Shown here piece after piece: positions 63,931 through 64,000 of a DNA stretch of 64,000 nt. Source of the stretch: Eledone cirrhosa (taxonomy: Eukaryota); contig OZ024741.1 of NCBI GenBank assembly GCA_964016885.1, positions 111,228,001 to 111,292,000 on the forward strand, given 5' to 3'. The notes beneath the pieces are model-generated. The model worked only from the letters and a program-made list of their open reading frames with translations, did not search any database and was not told the origin of the DNA. Made by a program: the position numbers and the translations under genes. Positions within the stretch are counted from its first letter, which is position 1; each line of letters opens with the position of its first letter.

Positions 63931-64000
63931 GGCAGTAGTATATATACTGGTTGGATACCCTTCCTAACACCAGCACCACTTTACAGCATAGACAGGGTGC

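Overview
AT-rich animal genomic DNA, most likely an octopod/coleoid cephalopod (inferred from the SINE types, RTE LINEs with (GAT)n tails and long (TA)n tracts). It holds one host gene that the ORF track mostly misses. This + strand, ExoU/VipD-type patatin-like phospholipase has 8 reconstructed coding exons (19142-60147, 379 codons, consistent intron phases, intact GGGxKG / GxSxG / DGG motifs) and continues beyond the window. Most of the remainder is transposon debris: RTE, CRE-like, R4/Dong-like and CR1 LINEs, Helitrons, a hAT element, MITEs, tRNA-derived SINEs and at least three types of Penelope-like element (PLE). The most striking hidden structure is in the 27.5-kb intron 2. I read nine minimal type-I hammerhead-ribozyme motifs by eye, five of them sense to the gene. 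Several sit inside perfect fold-back palindromes inserted in (TA)n tracts, including a 234-bp ORF-less palindrome with a complete hammerhead on each strand and a 2.2-kb palindrome of a GIY-YIG element. All calls were made by manual reading; no database search or folding program was run.
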